A stretch of DNA of 64,000 bases from Candidatus Iainarchaeum sp. (GCA_017610205.1 JAFCCL010000002.1:32001-96000), one strand, 5' to 3'; positions 47,496-57,240 are shown, numbered from the stretch's first letter. The notes: generated by a model not told the origin, from the sequence alone. Made by a program: numbers and translations.

Positions 47496-48233
47496 TCACT
47501 TCCCTTTCTCCACTTTGGCAAATTTTTCTCTCAAAGCCACTTTTTGTGCCTCATAAACCTGATTACAGCCTTGAATGCCAAGCTTTACAGCCTTATTCCA
47601 TTCAGGTTTTGTGATTGGGCCATCCATCTGCAAAAGAACAATTTCTTCAGTTCTTGGCATTATTGCAATTGGAATATCAACTGCATCAGGCGCATCTTCC
47701 TCGTCCTTATTCAGGTCAAGAATTATTTCACCACCTGCCTTTCCAACTCCAACAGCACATACAAGATCCTTCATTGGAATTCCTGCATCTGCAAGTGCAA
47801 CACTTGCAGCTGTTATTCCTGCCGCCCTTGAACCTGCGTTGCTATCAAAAATCTCAACATAGATATCAATTGCACAGTTTGGAAACCTTTCAAGGAAAAT
47901 TGACTTTTCCAAAGCTTCTCCTGAAACCTTGCTTATTTCAGATTCACGTCTTCCTGGTCGTGGATTTTTCCTGTCAGGAACGCTAAATGTTGCCATTCTG
48001 TAAGTAAACCTCACTAGTCCCTTGTAGGGATTCTGCTTGTGTTTTGGCAAAGCCTCTTTTGGTCCGTGCACTCCAACCAACACCTTGTTCTGCCCCCATT
48101 CAAGGTAAGCTGAACCATCAGCGTTTGGTAAAACACCAACCTTCATTTTCAAAGGCCTTATTTCGTCAACTTTTCTTCCATCAAGCCTTTTTCCGTTTTT
48201 TACATATTCAATTTTTTCATCTTTTTTAGCCAT
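47496..48233 (-). CDS. rrp41: Exosome subunit Rrp41
   Basis: RLDGR, ADGSAYLEWG, YRMATFS..RK, LADAGIPM, LLQMDG. Confidence 0.95.
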   Translation of the reverse strand: MAKKDEKIEYVKNGKRLDGRKVDEIRPLKMKVGVLPNADGSAYLEWGQNKVLVGVHGPKEALPKHKQNPYKGLVRFTYRMATFSVPDRKNPRPGRRESEISKVSGEALEKSIFLERFPNCAIDIYVEIFDSNAGSRAAGITAASVALADAGIPMKDLVCAVGVGKAGGEIILDLNKDEEDAPDAVDIPIAIMPRTEEIVLLQMDGPITKPEWNKAVKLGIQGCNQVYEAQKVALREKFAKVEKGK

Positions 48234-48961
48234 TATTCATTCACCTTTTTCCCTTTTAAAAATGCTTCAACTTTTACAGTAAGATTGTCCAAGTGAGCTT
48301 CTGATTCAATCAAATTAATTGCTTCAGCAAGCTTTTTTTGATCTCCGCCCTTTGACCAAATCCAACCGTTTCTTCCAATTAGAAGGCTGGATCCTGTTCC
48401 CTCTTTGAGAACAGCAAGCATGCTTCCATTTTTTCCAATCATTCTTGGAACCTTTGCAGGAACCACCCTAATTATTGTGCCACCGTAAAAAACACGCACA
48501 TCAAAAAGGTCTGCTTCATTTACTTCGTTTACGCTGTCAATTTTAGCGCTTACAATGCTTCCCTTTTCAAGCCTGTCCCTGCATTTGTCTGCAGAAAGAT
48601 AACAAGAATAAATACTGTTTATGTCAACCATATAACCCTTTATTGTTTCCCTTTCAACAATTCCCACAATAAGATCGTCCCTTTGAGGGAGATATATTCC
48701 TGAAAGCGGGACAACATACGCTGTTCCTGAATTAGGGTAAGTTATTCCAAGAGCGTCTGAATAAATCTTGCCATTTTCAATAAAAACATGCTGACCTAAT
48801 TTTTTTCTTCCCTCAGCAATAAGATCTCCGGGAATAACTATTTTTTTCTCTTTGTGTTCAGCCCTGCCCTCTTCAGGCATTGGCTTTGCTTCGGCCTTTG
48901 TTTCTTTAGCCACAGGCACTGCATCTTTTGGCATTGCCATTTCCTCTTTTTTATTTTCCAT
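48233..48961 (-). CDS. rrp4: Exosome RNA-binding subunit Rrp4
   Basis: VIPGD, S1 domain, KH VPRMIGKNGSM, GRNGWIW. Confidence 0.93.
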   Translation of the reverse strand: MENKKEEMAMPKDAVPVAKETKAEAKPMPEEGRAEHKEKKIVIPGDLIAEGRKKLGQHVFIENGKIYSDALGITYPNSGTAYVVPLSGIYLPQRDDLIVGIVERETIKGYMVDINSIYSCYLSADKCRDRLEKGSIVSAKIDSVNEVNEADLFDVRVFYGGTIIRVVPAKVPRMIGKNGSMLAVLKEGTGSSLLIGRNGWIWSKGGDQKKLAEAINLIESEAHLDNLTVKVEAFLKGKKVNE

Positions 48962-48969
48962 TTATAAAA

Positions 48970-49665
48970 TCACTTCTCCAAAATTTTTGTTTCAACATCA
49001 CCATGGCATGTACCGTTCAAGTCGTTCAAAAAATCCTGCCTTAAACCCGCAGGCATTTCAACAACGGCAACAAGGTTTCCGTTGCCCTGCCATTCCTCTT
49101 TTAGCAATTTATACTTGTGCAATATGTGCTCGGTTTTTGCGGCATGAACTGCAGGAATCTTAATTGCAATCTTTATCTGTTCAAGGGAAATCGGAAGAAT
49201 TTTTTTCAGCTCCTTCAAAATGCCCGAAACCTGCTCTTCAACACCTTTCATTTCATCAATCTTTATTTTGGCTTCAGCCAAAGCATTTTCAATTCTTTGC
49301 GGCGGATGCGGAGCATTTGTCTGAGGATTCATTGCATTTCTTGAAATAAACTCAATAACCTCTTTTACCCTGATATCCCTTATATGCCTTCTCTGCTCTG
49401 TTGTAAGCTGAACATTGCCCTGGTTGACAATCTTTTTGGCTATTTCAAAAACGTCGGTTGTTGCAAATGCCTTATTTAAGGCTTCAGGACTCTGCTCTGT
49501 TCCCTTTGCAGCATCTTTGAAAACCGTTTCCACAGCAAGCAAGTCTGAAAAATCTACAGGATTTCCTTTTCTCAGCTCAAGAGCAAGATCAGGATCTACA
49601 AGAATTTCAAACTTTTCTCCGTGGCTGTCAAACCTTGCGGTTACAGCATCTTCCAATTTGACCAT
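48970..49665 (-). CDS. Ribosome maturation protein SBDS/Sdo1
   Basis: FEILVDP, QLTTEQRR, PHPPQRIENA. Confidence 0.95.
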   Translation of the reverse strand: MVKLEDAVTARFDSHGEKFEILVDPDLALELRKGNPVDFSDLLAVETVFKDAAKGTEQSPEALNKAFATTDVFEIAKKIVNQGNVQLTTEQRRHIRDIRVKEVIEFISRNAMNPQTNAPHPPQRIENALAEAKIKIDEMKGVEEQVSGILKELKKILPISLEQIKIAIKIPAVHAAKTEHILHKYKLLKEEWQGNGNLVAVVEMPAGLRQDFLNDLNGTCHGDVETKILEK

Positions 49666-49686
49666 TGGTCAAAACTCCTTTTCATT

Positions 49687-50412
49687 TTATTTTTTCCCTA
49701 AAATAGATTTGAGCTTTTGAAGTGAAATCCTTTCAAAAGGTTTTTCTTTTTCAACAAAAGCAAAATCCAAACTATTAACATCAAATTTTCTCTTTTCTCC
49801 AAGACCTTTTTCCAAAGCCTTGAGAGCAAGAGCAATTGCAGAATCAAAAGAAAACCCTTCCTTGAAATTCTTTTCAAGAAAATGCATTGCCTCCTTTTTT
49901 CCCTTTCCAATTGTAATTGCAGTATATTCTGCCAGTGCCCCACTTGGCTCTGTTTCAAAAAGCCTTGAGCCTGTCTGGTCAACTCCGCCAATAATGAATG
50001 AAACCCCAAAAGGCCTCATTCCAGCATACTGGGTAAATAATTGTTTTATTCCTGAAACCTCTTTTACAAGTGTTTCAACCTGAATGTCTTCCTCGTAGTA
50101 CATTTGATTTTCCTGTGCTTCTTTTCGTGCAAGCTGAACAAGCCTTCTTGCATCTCCGACCAAACCAGAGGAAATTGCTCCAATGTGGTGGTCTATTTTG
50201 AAAATTTTTTCAATGCTGTATGGCTTCAAAAGCTTGCTTGTAACATTTTTGTCTGCTCCAAAAAGCACACCGTTGTTGTAAGCCATTGCCAGTCCAAGCG
50301 TTCCCTGTTCCACAATCTTGCTTGCGTATTCAACCTGATACAGCCTTCCATCAGGACTAAACATTGTACTAACTCTGTCATATGCACTGCTTTTTCTAGA
50401 ACCAGGATACAT
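49687..50412 (-). CDS. psmA: Proteasome alpha subunit
   Basis: YDR..TMFSPDGRLYQVEYA, SGLVGDAR, RPFGVS. Confidence 0.96.
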   Translation of the reverse strand: MYPGSRKSSAYDRVSTMFSPDGRLYQVEYASKIVEQGTLGLAMAYNNGVLFGADKNVTSKLLKPYSIEKIFKIDHHIGAISSGLVGDARRLVQLARKEAQENQMYYEEDIQVETLVKEVSGIKQLFTQYAGMRPFGVSFIIGGVDQTGSRLFETEPSGALAEYTAITIGKGKKEAMHFLEKNFKEGFSFDSAIALALKALEKGLGEKRKFDVNSLDFAFVEKEKPFERISLQKLKSILGKK

Positions 50413-50587
50413 TAAAAATCCCTCAAAAAATTCCTCTTCTTTCTCTTTTTCTCTACTTTATAATTTTAATAACGGAAGTTATAAAAAGGTTGTTAAAAAG
50501 CTACAAAACACAAGAAAACCAGCAATTTCCAACAATAAGAAAGATTAATTAAAGCAGAAGGGATGAAATTATTAAAGGAGAGAAAAA

Positions 50588-51727
50588 ATGACTGCAAAGA
50601 AGGTAAAAAAAAGAGCAACAAAAGGAACAAAACGCAGAAGACGTTATCTAACAGAAAGAAAAGCAGCAATGCAAATGAACACTATTTACAATATGTTCGA
50701 AAAAGGAAAAACAGTAAAGCAGATTAGAAAAAAGCTTGGAATGACATCCGGAAAGTTTAGTTTATATGTAAGTGTCTTAAGAGAAGGCACTAAAAGAACA
50801 AAACCGTCATTCATTCCACCAAAAGGAGTTTACAATTGGAGCAGGGCAAAAGCAAGAAGAGTAGAAAACCTTATAGAATATGCAACAAAAATCATTAAGG
50901 GAGAAAAAGCTGCTAAAGCCAAACAAAGAAAGCCAGGTGTTGTGCCATGGGCATTGCCAAAAACAGTACATAGAAAAATAACTACAGCGCTGATGAAAGA
51001 CCCCTTCAGAAGCAGCAACGCAATATCAAAAGTGGAAGGAGCTAGCCCTAACACGGTTGTAAGGCAAAGAAGAATACTTGAAAGCAAAGGACTAATTCCA
51101 GTAGTAAGCAGAAGCAAGATAATGAAAAATGCAGAGAGAAAGCCTGAGAGGACAATAGATTATTTAGACAAAAAACGCAGGAAAACAATACTGGAGGAAA
51201 AGAAAAAGGCAATTGAATCAACGGCAAAACGTCTCTACAGAGAAAACAGAGTTGCGTTTGATGGAACAGATGCCCTGCCAGAACAAATACCTGAAGAAAT
51301 AGCTGAAAGAATGGAGTGGAGGCTAAGAACATTTAATCCAAAGAACTGGAAGGGTTCAGAAAAAGTTAAAGTAAACAAGTTCTTTTATTCTGCACTAAGC
51401 AGCATTAAATTCGATATAAGAAGAACTGCTTGGAAACAATATTCAAGGCAAAAATTGGAATCGCTTGAAACAGGAATGGAAGAAAAACAAGACAGGAAAC
51501 GTACTCTACAGGCAAAACCAGAATCCAAAGAAATCACAGTAAAACAACTGGAAATGATAAGCGATGGATTAAAATTAAATCTTTTGGAAAAGGCAGTTTT
51601 GTTTGGACACGCAGCAGGCTTAACTGGGAGCAAAATAGCAGAAGTAACAGGATACAGTGAAGCAAGAATCAATCAAAAAAAATTCGAGTATCAAAAGAGA
51701 ATACAGAAAATAATTTCAAAAAAGTGA
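50588..51727 (+). CDS. Basic multi-HTH protein with degenerate sigma-70 region 2 and region 4 like domains
   Basis: IESTAKRLY...RTFNP...FFYSAL..IKFDIRR (sigma2-like); LNLLEKAVL...GLTGSKIAEVTGYSEARINQ (sigma4-like); AAGGAG upstream. Confidence 0.6.
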   Translation: MTAKKVKKRATKGTKRRRRYLTERKAAMQMNTIYNMFEKGKTVKQIRKKLGMTSGKFSLYVSVLREGTKRTKPSFIPPKGVYNWSRAKARRVENLIEYATKIIKGEKAAKAKQRKPGVVPWALPKTVHRKITTALMKDPFRSSNAISKVEGASPNTVVRQRRILESKGLIPVVSRSKIMKNAERKPERTIDYLDKKRRKTILEEKKKAIESTAKRLYRENRVAFDGTDALPEQIPEEIAERMEWRLRTFNPKNWKGSEKVKVNKFFYSALSSIKFDIRRTAWKQYSRQKLESLETGMEEKQDRKRTLQAKPESKEITVKQLEMISDGLKLNLLEKAVLFGHAAGLTGSKIAEVTGYSEARINQKKFEYQKRIQKIISKK

Positions 51728-51734
51728 ACGCTGT

Positions 51735-52091
51735 TCACCTGCCTTTCAAAGCCTTCAAAGTGCCGCTTGTTTTCAAAGTTTTTGCACCAGAAATTCCATT
51801 CAGGGTTTTTTTTACTTTTTCAAGGGATGCAAGTTTGCACCTCATAATCCCCTGACCTGTTTCTGGAATGAATTCAATAAACCAGGTTCCAAGTTCTTTT
51901 CTTTCATCCTGTGGAAATTGTCCAATAATCAAATCAAAAGCTTGCTTTCCTGTTTTTGGAATGGGGGTAAGGGTGAATAAAATATAACGCCTTTTTGGCC
52001 TCTGGCTTTTCTTTGCAAGTTTCCTTCCCTGTACCTTTTTTGCCTTTTGCTTTATTGGAGCAACCACATAGTCCTTATTTTCTTCACTCAT
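51735..52091 (-). CDS. RNase P protein Pop5/Rpp14 homolog
   Basis: RPKRRYILF, GIMRC, TSGTLKAL; superoperon position. Confidence 0.85.
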   Translation of the reverse strand: MSEENKDYVVAPIKQKAKKVQGRKLAKKSQRPKRRYILFTLTPIPKTGKQAFDLIIGQFPQDERKELGTWFIEFIPETGQGIMRCKLASLEKVKKTLNGISGAKTLKTSGTLKALKGR

Positions 52092-53012
52092 TCAAAACAC
52101 CAGGTTCCCGGTTATTAAAAAGTATATTGAGGAAATGATTAAAAGAACGCCGAGAAACCTTACAGCATAAACCTTTAGAGGTTCGTTTTCAGCTATGAGG
52201 GTGCTTTTGATTCTTGAAATTATGAAGGCAAGCGCGAAAACAAAGGCAGCCTGGCTTAAGACAAGGGCACTTGGAATTGTGTAAGAAAATTCATACGCTG
52301 AAAAAAGAAGCATCATTCCAGTAAAACCAATAAGCGATGCTGTAAAAGCAAAGGGAATTGTCCTGCGAAACTTTTGGACAAAATCTTTTTTTGCAGTACC
52401 GTTGAATAAGAAAATTGCAAAAATTGCAATTACCGGAAGCGTGAGAATATAACGCCAGGCCATAAAAGATGACGCAGCAATTTCTGCAACAATTACTTTT
52501 ACAGGAACATCTGCCAAAGCCCAGCTCAGGCTCATAAATATGGCAAGCAGCAAAAGCCTGTTGTTCAGCAAAAGTTTCTTGAGCGAAAGCTGTTTTGAAT
52601 AAGTTGTCAAAACCGCGCCTGCAAAAATCAAAGCCATTAAGCCAAATTCCTTCAGGCCATAAAATTCGCTGAGAAAAATAAATGCAAGCGGGATTGCAAA
52701 CAAAAGCTTTGTTTGAGCAAGTGGTCCAACGCTTGAAAGGTTATAGTTTTTTACAAGAAAAAAATAGATGAAAAACCCGATGTTTGCTGCAATTGCAGTA
52801 AACAGAATGAGAAACATTGTGAAAAAAGTTGGAAACTGCAGTCCAAAAATCAGAATGGAAATTGTTGGAAAAAGAGCCATTGCAAGAAATGACTGCATGA
52901 AAAAAAAGGAAGTTGAATTTTGCATTTTGTTTTCCAAAATGAATTTGTCAAAAATGGAACCAACTGCAAAAAGCAATCCTGCTGCAAGAGAAAACAAAAA
53001 AACAGGATGCAT
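52092..53012 (-). CDS. EamA/DMT family transporter
   Basis: About 10 TMs in two repeats, DK motif, FLSE. Confidence 0.85.
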   Translation of the reverse strand: MHPVFLFSLAAGLLFAVGSIFDKFILENKMQNSTSFFFMQSFLAMALFPTISILIFGLQFPTFFTMFLILFTAIAANIGFFIYFFLVKNYNLSSVGPLAQTKLLFAIPLAFIFLSEFYGLKEFGLMALIFAGAVLTTYSKQLSLKKLLLNNRLLLLAIFMSLSWALADVPVKVIVAEIAASSFMAWRYILTLPVIAIFAIFLFNGTAKKDFVQKFRRTIPFAFTASLIGFTGMMLLFSAYEFSYTIPSALVLSQAAFVFALAFIISRIKSTLIAENEPLKVYAVRFLGVLLIISSIYFLITGNLVF

Positions 53013-53554
53013 TAAAGTCCCTCCAAAGAAGGAGTTATGTCAAGATTGGAAAAAATTTCTTTTTCAAGCTGTTCAACCCTTGGCTTGCATTTTGCAATTT
53101 TGTCAAAGACAGTTTTTTCTTCACCATAGGTTTTAAGAAGATAATTAAAACGCTCTTGCAGTGAAACTATTTTGTCGTGTTTAACGCGCTTGTCGGCATA
53201 GTAAACAAGCTTTTCCTCCCAGGAAGAAAAAGAGTTTTTTTCAAGAACACGAAACAGTCTATGCTTTAAGGCAATCTCCCCAAGCCTTGGAAAACCCTCT
53301 GCTTCAAGTATTTTTTTGCTTAAGTGACCATGCATGTGAACAGTTTCACTGTCCAAAGTTTGAGGTTTGTCAATGTCATGCAATATTGCGCCTCTGCTTA
53401 CAAGTTCTGTGTCAACTTTAATTCCTTTGGCATTGAATTTTTTTGCAAGAAATACAGCAATTTTTTCAACTGTCAGTGAATGTCTGATAATGTGTTCAGG
53501 TAATTTGTGTTTGCAAAGAAGTGCAATGCATTCTTCCCTTGAAGGCAAAGGCAT
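53012..53554 (-). CDS. HD-domain protein (HDIG type)
   Basis: IIRHS, ILHDI, EEKLVYYADKR. Confidence 0.9.
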   Translation of the reverse strand: MPLPSREECIALLCKHKLPEHIIRHSLTVEKIAVFLAKKFNAKGIKVDTELVSRGAILHDIDKPQTLDSETVHMHGHLSKKILEAEGFPRLGEIALKHRLFRVLEKNSFSSWEEKLVYYADKRVKHDKIVSLQERFNYLLKTYGEEKTVFDKIAKCKPRVEQLEKEIFSNLDITPSLEGL

Positions 53555-53601
53555 ATTAAATCAAAAAAATTAGGCTGAAAACAATTAAAATAAGCGATTG
53601 T

Positions 53602-54207
53602 TTACTTTGCCTGCCTTTTCTTTGCTCTAAGAGAAGGCCTTACTTTTTCTGTTCCAAAACCCTTGTTTTTCAAACCACGAGATTTCTTTCCCTTGCTTGT
53701 AAGTCCTCTAAAAGCCCTTCCTTTCTGGTTTTTGCCACAAATCCAATTAATGTCTTTATCTGAAACAATTTCAGGAGCATTTACGTCAACAAGAATTACC
53801 TCGTAATAGTGCATTTTTCCGTCGTCGCCAATATAATAAGAGTTAAGAATTTCACAATTTTTGAATTTTCTGCCAGCCCTTTGCTCCGCCATTGCCTGAA
53901 TATTAAGCCTTCTTGTAAGCTTTTTGATTCCCATTCTCTTTGGCCTTCTTCCCATAGTAGGCCTTTTGTGCAAACCGCTTCCTTTTCTGATTCTAACACG
54001 AACAACAACAAAGCCCTTTTTTGCCTTGTAACCCAAAGTTCTTGCTCTTGCAATATTTGTTGGCTTTTCAAGGCGGACAACTGCAAGCTTTTCTTTCCTG
54101 AATTCAATTAAGCGATCTCTTTGAAGAGCCTTATAATTAAACAAATCGTCCTTTTCGCCCTTGAATTCCTTTTGGAACGTTTCCTGAATATGCTTTGCTG
54201 CACCCAT
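53602..54207 (-). CDS. rpl15e: Ribosomal protein eL15
   Basis: ARTLGYKAKKG, GRRPK, LNSY, GRAFRGLTS. Confidence 0.96.
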   Translation of the reverse strand: MGAAKHIQETFQKEFKGEKDDLFNYKALQRDRLIEFRKEKLAVVRLEKPTNIARARTLGYKAKKGFVVVRVRIRKGSGLHKRPTMGRRPKRMGIKKLTRRLNIQAMAEQRAGRKFKNCEILNSYYIGDDGKMHYYEVILVDVNAPEIVSDKDINWICGKNQKGRAFRGLTSKGKKSRGLKNKGFGTEKVRPSLRAKKRQAK

Positions 54208-54302
54208 AAAAACTCACTTCAAAATTGCCTAAAAAAGAAGCATTTAAAGATTGATTTTCAATAAGAATTACTTGATTGCAAGCTTTTTTAAAGGTAAACG
54301 TC

Positions 54303-55268
54303 ATGGCAAACAAATGTATACAATGTGAAAAAAAAGCAACAATTTCTTTAGCCTATGGTCCGCACAAATTCTGCAACAAGCACTTTTTGCACTTTTTTGA
54401 AAAAAGAGTTAGAAGAACAATCAGAGAAAACAAACTAATTAAAGGCAGGGAAAAAATAGTTGTTGCATACAGCGGAGGAAAAGACAGTGCAGTAACCCTT
54501 TTTTTATTAAACAAGATTTTTAGAAAAAGCAATCCAATTGAAGCCCTGCTTGTAGACGAAGGAATTCCAAAATACAGGGACAAAGCACTTGCAATTGCAG
54601 AAAAAAACTGCAAAAAATGGAATGTGCCATTTAAGCGATTTTCATTCAAAGAAGAGTTTGGCTTTACAATGGTTGACGTCATGCGAAAAACAGGAGCAAA
54701 AAAAGTTATTGGAAGCACCTGCGCCTACTGTGGGGTTTTAAGAAGGCAGATTATGAATAGGAAAGCAAGAGAAATGAATGCATGCAAGCTTGCCACAGGC
54801 CACAATTTGGATGATGAAACACAAAGCGTTTTGATGAATGTAATGGACGCAGACCTTGAAAGGCTTTTAAGAATTGGGCCATTGAGCACTGGAGCAAAAA
54901 ATATGGTTCCAAGAATAAAGCCATTGTACTATTGCCCTGAAAGGGAAATAATTGCCTTTGCAAAAATTGCAGGAATAAAATATTTTGAGCAAAAATGCTG
55001 TCCGTTCAAATGGCAGGCTAAGAGAAATGACTTCAGGCAAATGGTTGAGGAATTTGAAGCAAAGTATCCCGGAACAATGTTTAGCACAGTAAAGTTTTTG
55101 AAGGAAGTAAAGGAAAGAACAGGAAAGAAAGCAGGAAAAGCCAGGAAAACAACAGGAAAGAATGAAGGGAGCAGCAAGATTGAAACATGCTCAAAATGCG
55201 GAGAACCCTGCAGCGGAAAGGTTTGCAAAGCATGCAAAATGGCTGAAAGACTCGAGGGGAAAGGTTAA
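54303..55268 (+). CDS. tRNA 2-thiolation protein (TtuA/Ncs6 family)
   Basis: PP-loop SGGKDS, CAYCGVLRR, TGHNLDDE, PRIKPL, terminal Zn fingers. Confidence 0.92.
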   Translation: MANKCIQCEKKATISLAYGPHKFCNKHFLHFFEKRVRRTIRENKLIKGREKIVVAYSGGKDSAVTLFLLNKIFRKSNPIEALLVDEGIPKYRDKALAIAEKNCKKWNVPFKRFSFKEEFGFTMVDVMRKTGAKKVIGSTCAYCGVLRRQIMNRKAREMNACKLATGHNLDDETQSVLMNVMDADLERLLRIGPLSTGAKNMVPRIKPLYYCPEREIIAFAKIAGIKYFEQKCCPFKWQAKRNDFRQMVEEFEAKYPGTMFSTVKFLKEVKERTGKKAGKARKTTGKNEGSSKIETCSKCGEPCSGKVCKACKMAERLEGKG

Positions 55269-55286
55269 TTAAAATAAGAAAAATTA

Positions 55287-55394
55287 TGGGCCCGGTGAGA
55301 ATCGAACTCACGGTCTCTGCCATGTCAAGGCAGCGTCATTAATGGGTTTCCTTCGCATAAAGCGAACAGAAACTAACCACTAGACCACGGGCCC
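55287..55394 (-). tRNA. tRNA-Val(GAC) with 35-nt D-loop intron (55340-55374)
   Basis: GGGCCCG acceptor, CTGCC-TTGACAT-GGCAG; intron junction forms GTGG/CCAT 4-bp helix with 3-nt bulges (relaxed BHB). Confidence 0.9.
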
Positions 55395-55451
55395 GTGTAA
55401 GGAAGTTTAATCCCGTCATATTTTTTAAAGTATTGGAATAGAACAGCCCAC

Positions 55452-57083
55452 TTATTTTTTTTTCCTGTTCTTTTTGCCCATTTTTTCAATGTTTGAACCT
55501 ATTGCTTTTGCAAAGTTTTTTTCAAAGGTGTCAAGCTCTGAAATTTTTTTGTCGATTTTTTCTGTTCTTAGGGCAAATTGTCTTTCAATTACCTGGCTTT
55601 GGTGATTCAGGTTTTTTATCCCTTGGTTGAACTTTTCAGCATTCTGCTGTATGGCTTCAACAAACTGTGCTTTGAATTCGTTTAGCTCCTGCATTTGCCT
55701 TTTAAATTCAGCTGGTTTAAAGTCAATTGTAATCTGATTGTGCAGTTCTTCCATTGCTTTAAGTTTTTTCTCAAGTTTTTTATCCAAAGAAAACCTTTCA
55801 AATTTTGCCTGGTGTTCAACTGCTTCAATGCTTTCCCTTTGCTCTTTTTCAAACCGGTCTCTTATTTCACGCAAATCTTTTGAACGCCTCTTGCTTTCGG
55901 CAATAAAATCAATTGATTTCTCTTCAAGCATTTTTGCAACACTGTTGTTAGCTTCTTTTACAAGACCTTCAACAATCTGATTTTCAAGCTGCAGGGTCTT
56001 GTTTATTCTTGAATCCATTTCAATAAGCTTTTTGTTCATTTCTTCAACAAGTTGCTTGCTCTCAGTTCTGCTTTTTATAAGCTCTGTGTTTAGTGATGCA
56101 ACAATACTCTCTTTTATTTTATTTATTTCTTCAAGCATTCTGGAAAGGCTTTGTGCTTCTTTTTTTGACCTTTCTTCCGCTTCTTTCAGGGAAGTTATTT
56201 GAGATTCAATATGTTTGTTTATGCCCCTCATTTCATTAAGCTTTAATTCAATCATGCCTGCAAAACTTTTTGCTTTGGCTTCAAGCTCTGCATCAACCTT
56301 GCTTACCAACAAAACACGTTGGCTGTCAAACAAAACCTTTATTTTAGCCATTTCCGTTTTGTTTGCCTTAGCAACCTTTTTGTCAAGCACATCATCAAGC
56401 TCATTTTTGATTTTGTTCATTTCAGCAAGCTTTTGGCTTACAGTTGCCATAATGCCTTTTTCCCAAAGCTTGCTTATTGCAATGTCTTCAACAAGATGCT
56501 GTTTTTTTTCTTCCGAAGCAAGAGGTTGTGTTTTTATGCCTGTAAATGATTTTTCCTCAAATGGCTTTGAAACAGGTGCTTCTGGAAAAAATTTTGCAGG
56601 TTTAGTTACAGGTTCAAACATACGGTGTTCGCCTGTCATAGCCGCTGCCTTTTCTTCAAGAAATTTTAAGGGCTCTTCTTCTGATTCATTGGTATGGTCT
56701 TTTTTTCCAATTTCTTCAAGGCTAAGCCCTTCAAAAATTTCCTTTTCTTTTACAGGTTCCTTTTTTTCCGGTTCAACCGCTTCTGCTGCAAGCTCTTCTG
56801 TTGCCTTTTCCCTTTCCTCTTCAACCTCTTTTGCCTTTTCCTCTTTTTCTTTCACGGTCTTGGCTGACTTTTTCTTAAAATGGCTGAGAAAAGGAACTTC
56901 TTTTGCCACAGCCTTTTTCGAAGGCTCTGCCTGTTCAGGTTGTTTGGCTTCTGCAATGAGCTTTTTGGCATTCTCTTGGTCAATGCCAACTTCTTTCAAA
57001 TTTAACACGATTTCCTTGTTTGAAACATTCAATGCGATAAGTTCTTTAATGCTTTTTAACAAAAGCTGTTTTTTGGAAACCAT
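55452..57083 (-). CDS. Long coiled-coil protein
   Basis: Small N-terminal helical domain, E/K/P linker, LWEKGI motif, ~330 aa coiled coil. Confidence 0.8.
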   Translation of the reverse strand: MVSKKQLLLKSIKELIALNVSNKEIVLNLKEVGIDQENAKKLIAEAKQPEQAEPSKKAVAKEVPFLSHFKKKSAKTVKEKEEKAKEVEEEREKATEELAAEAVEPEKKEPVKEKEIFEGLSLEEIGKKDHTNESEEEPLKFLEEKAAAMTGEHRMFEPVTKPAKFFPEAPVSKPFEEKSFTGIKTQPLASEEKKQHLVEDIAISKLWEKGIMATVSQKLAEMNKIKNELDDVLDKKVAKANKTEMAKIKVLFDSQRVLLVSKVDAELEAKAKSFAGMIELKLNEMRGINKHIESQITSLKEAEERSKKEAQSLSRMLEEINKIKESIVASLNTELIKSRTESKQLVEEMNKKLIEMDSRINKTLQLENQIVEGLVKEANNSVAKMLEEKSIDFIAESKRRSKDLREIRDRFEKEQRESIEAVEHQAKFERFSLDKKLEKKLKAMEELHNQITIDFKPAEFKRQMQELNEFKAQFVEAIQQNAEKFNQGIKNLNHQSQVIERQFALRTEKIDKKISELDTFEKNFAKAIGSNIEKMGKKNRKKK

Positions 57084-57168
57084 TCCAAATAGAATACGCC
57101 AACGGACTAAAAAAGGTTTTCCCCAAGCAAAAATGTTCTACTTTTCAATTGAAAAAAAGTAAGAAGGT

Positions 57169-57240
57169 TGAACCCTGCGGAAATTGAACCCGCGGTCTCC
57201 CAATTGCCAACCGAGCGTCATACCACTAGATTAAGAGCCC
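57169..57240 (-). pseudogene. Degenerate full-length copy of tRNA-Ala(GGC)
   Basis: 5 substitutions versus 57587-57658, all in stems. Confidence 0.8.
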
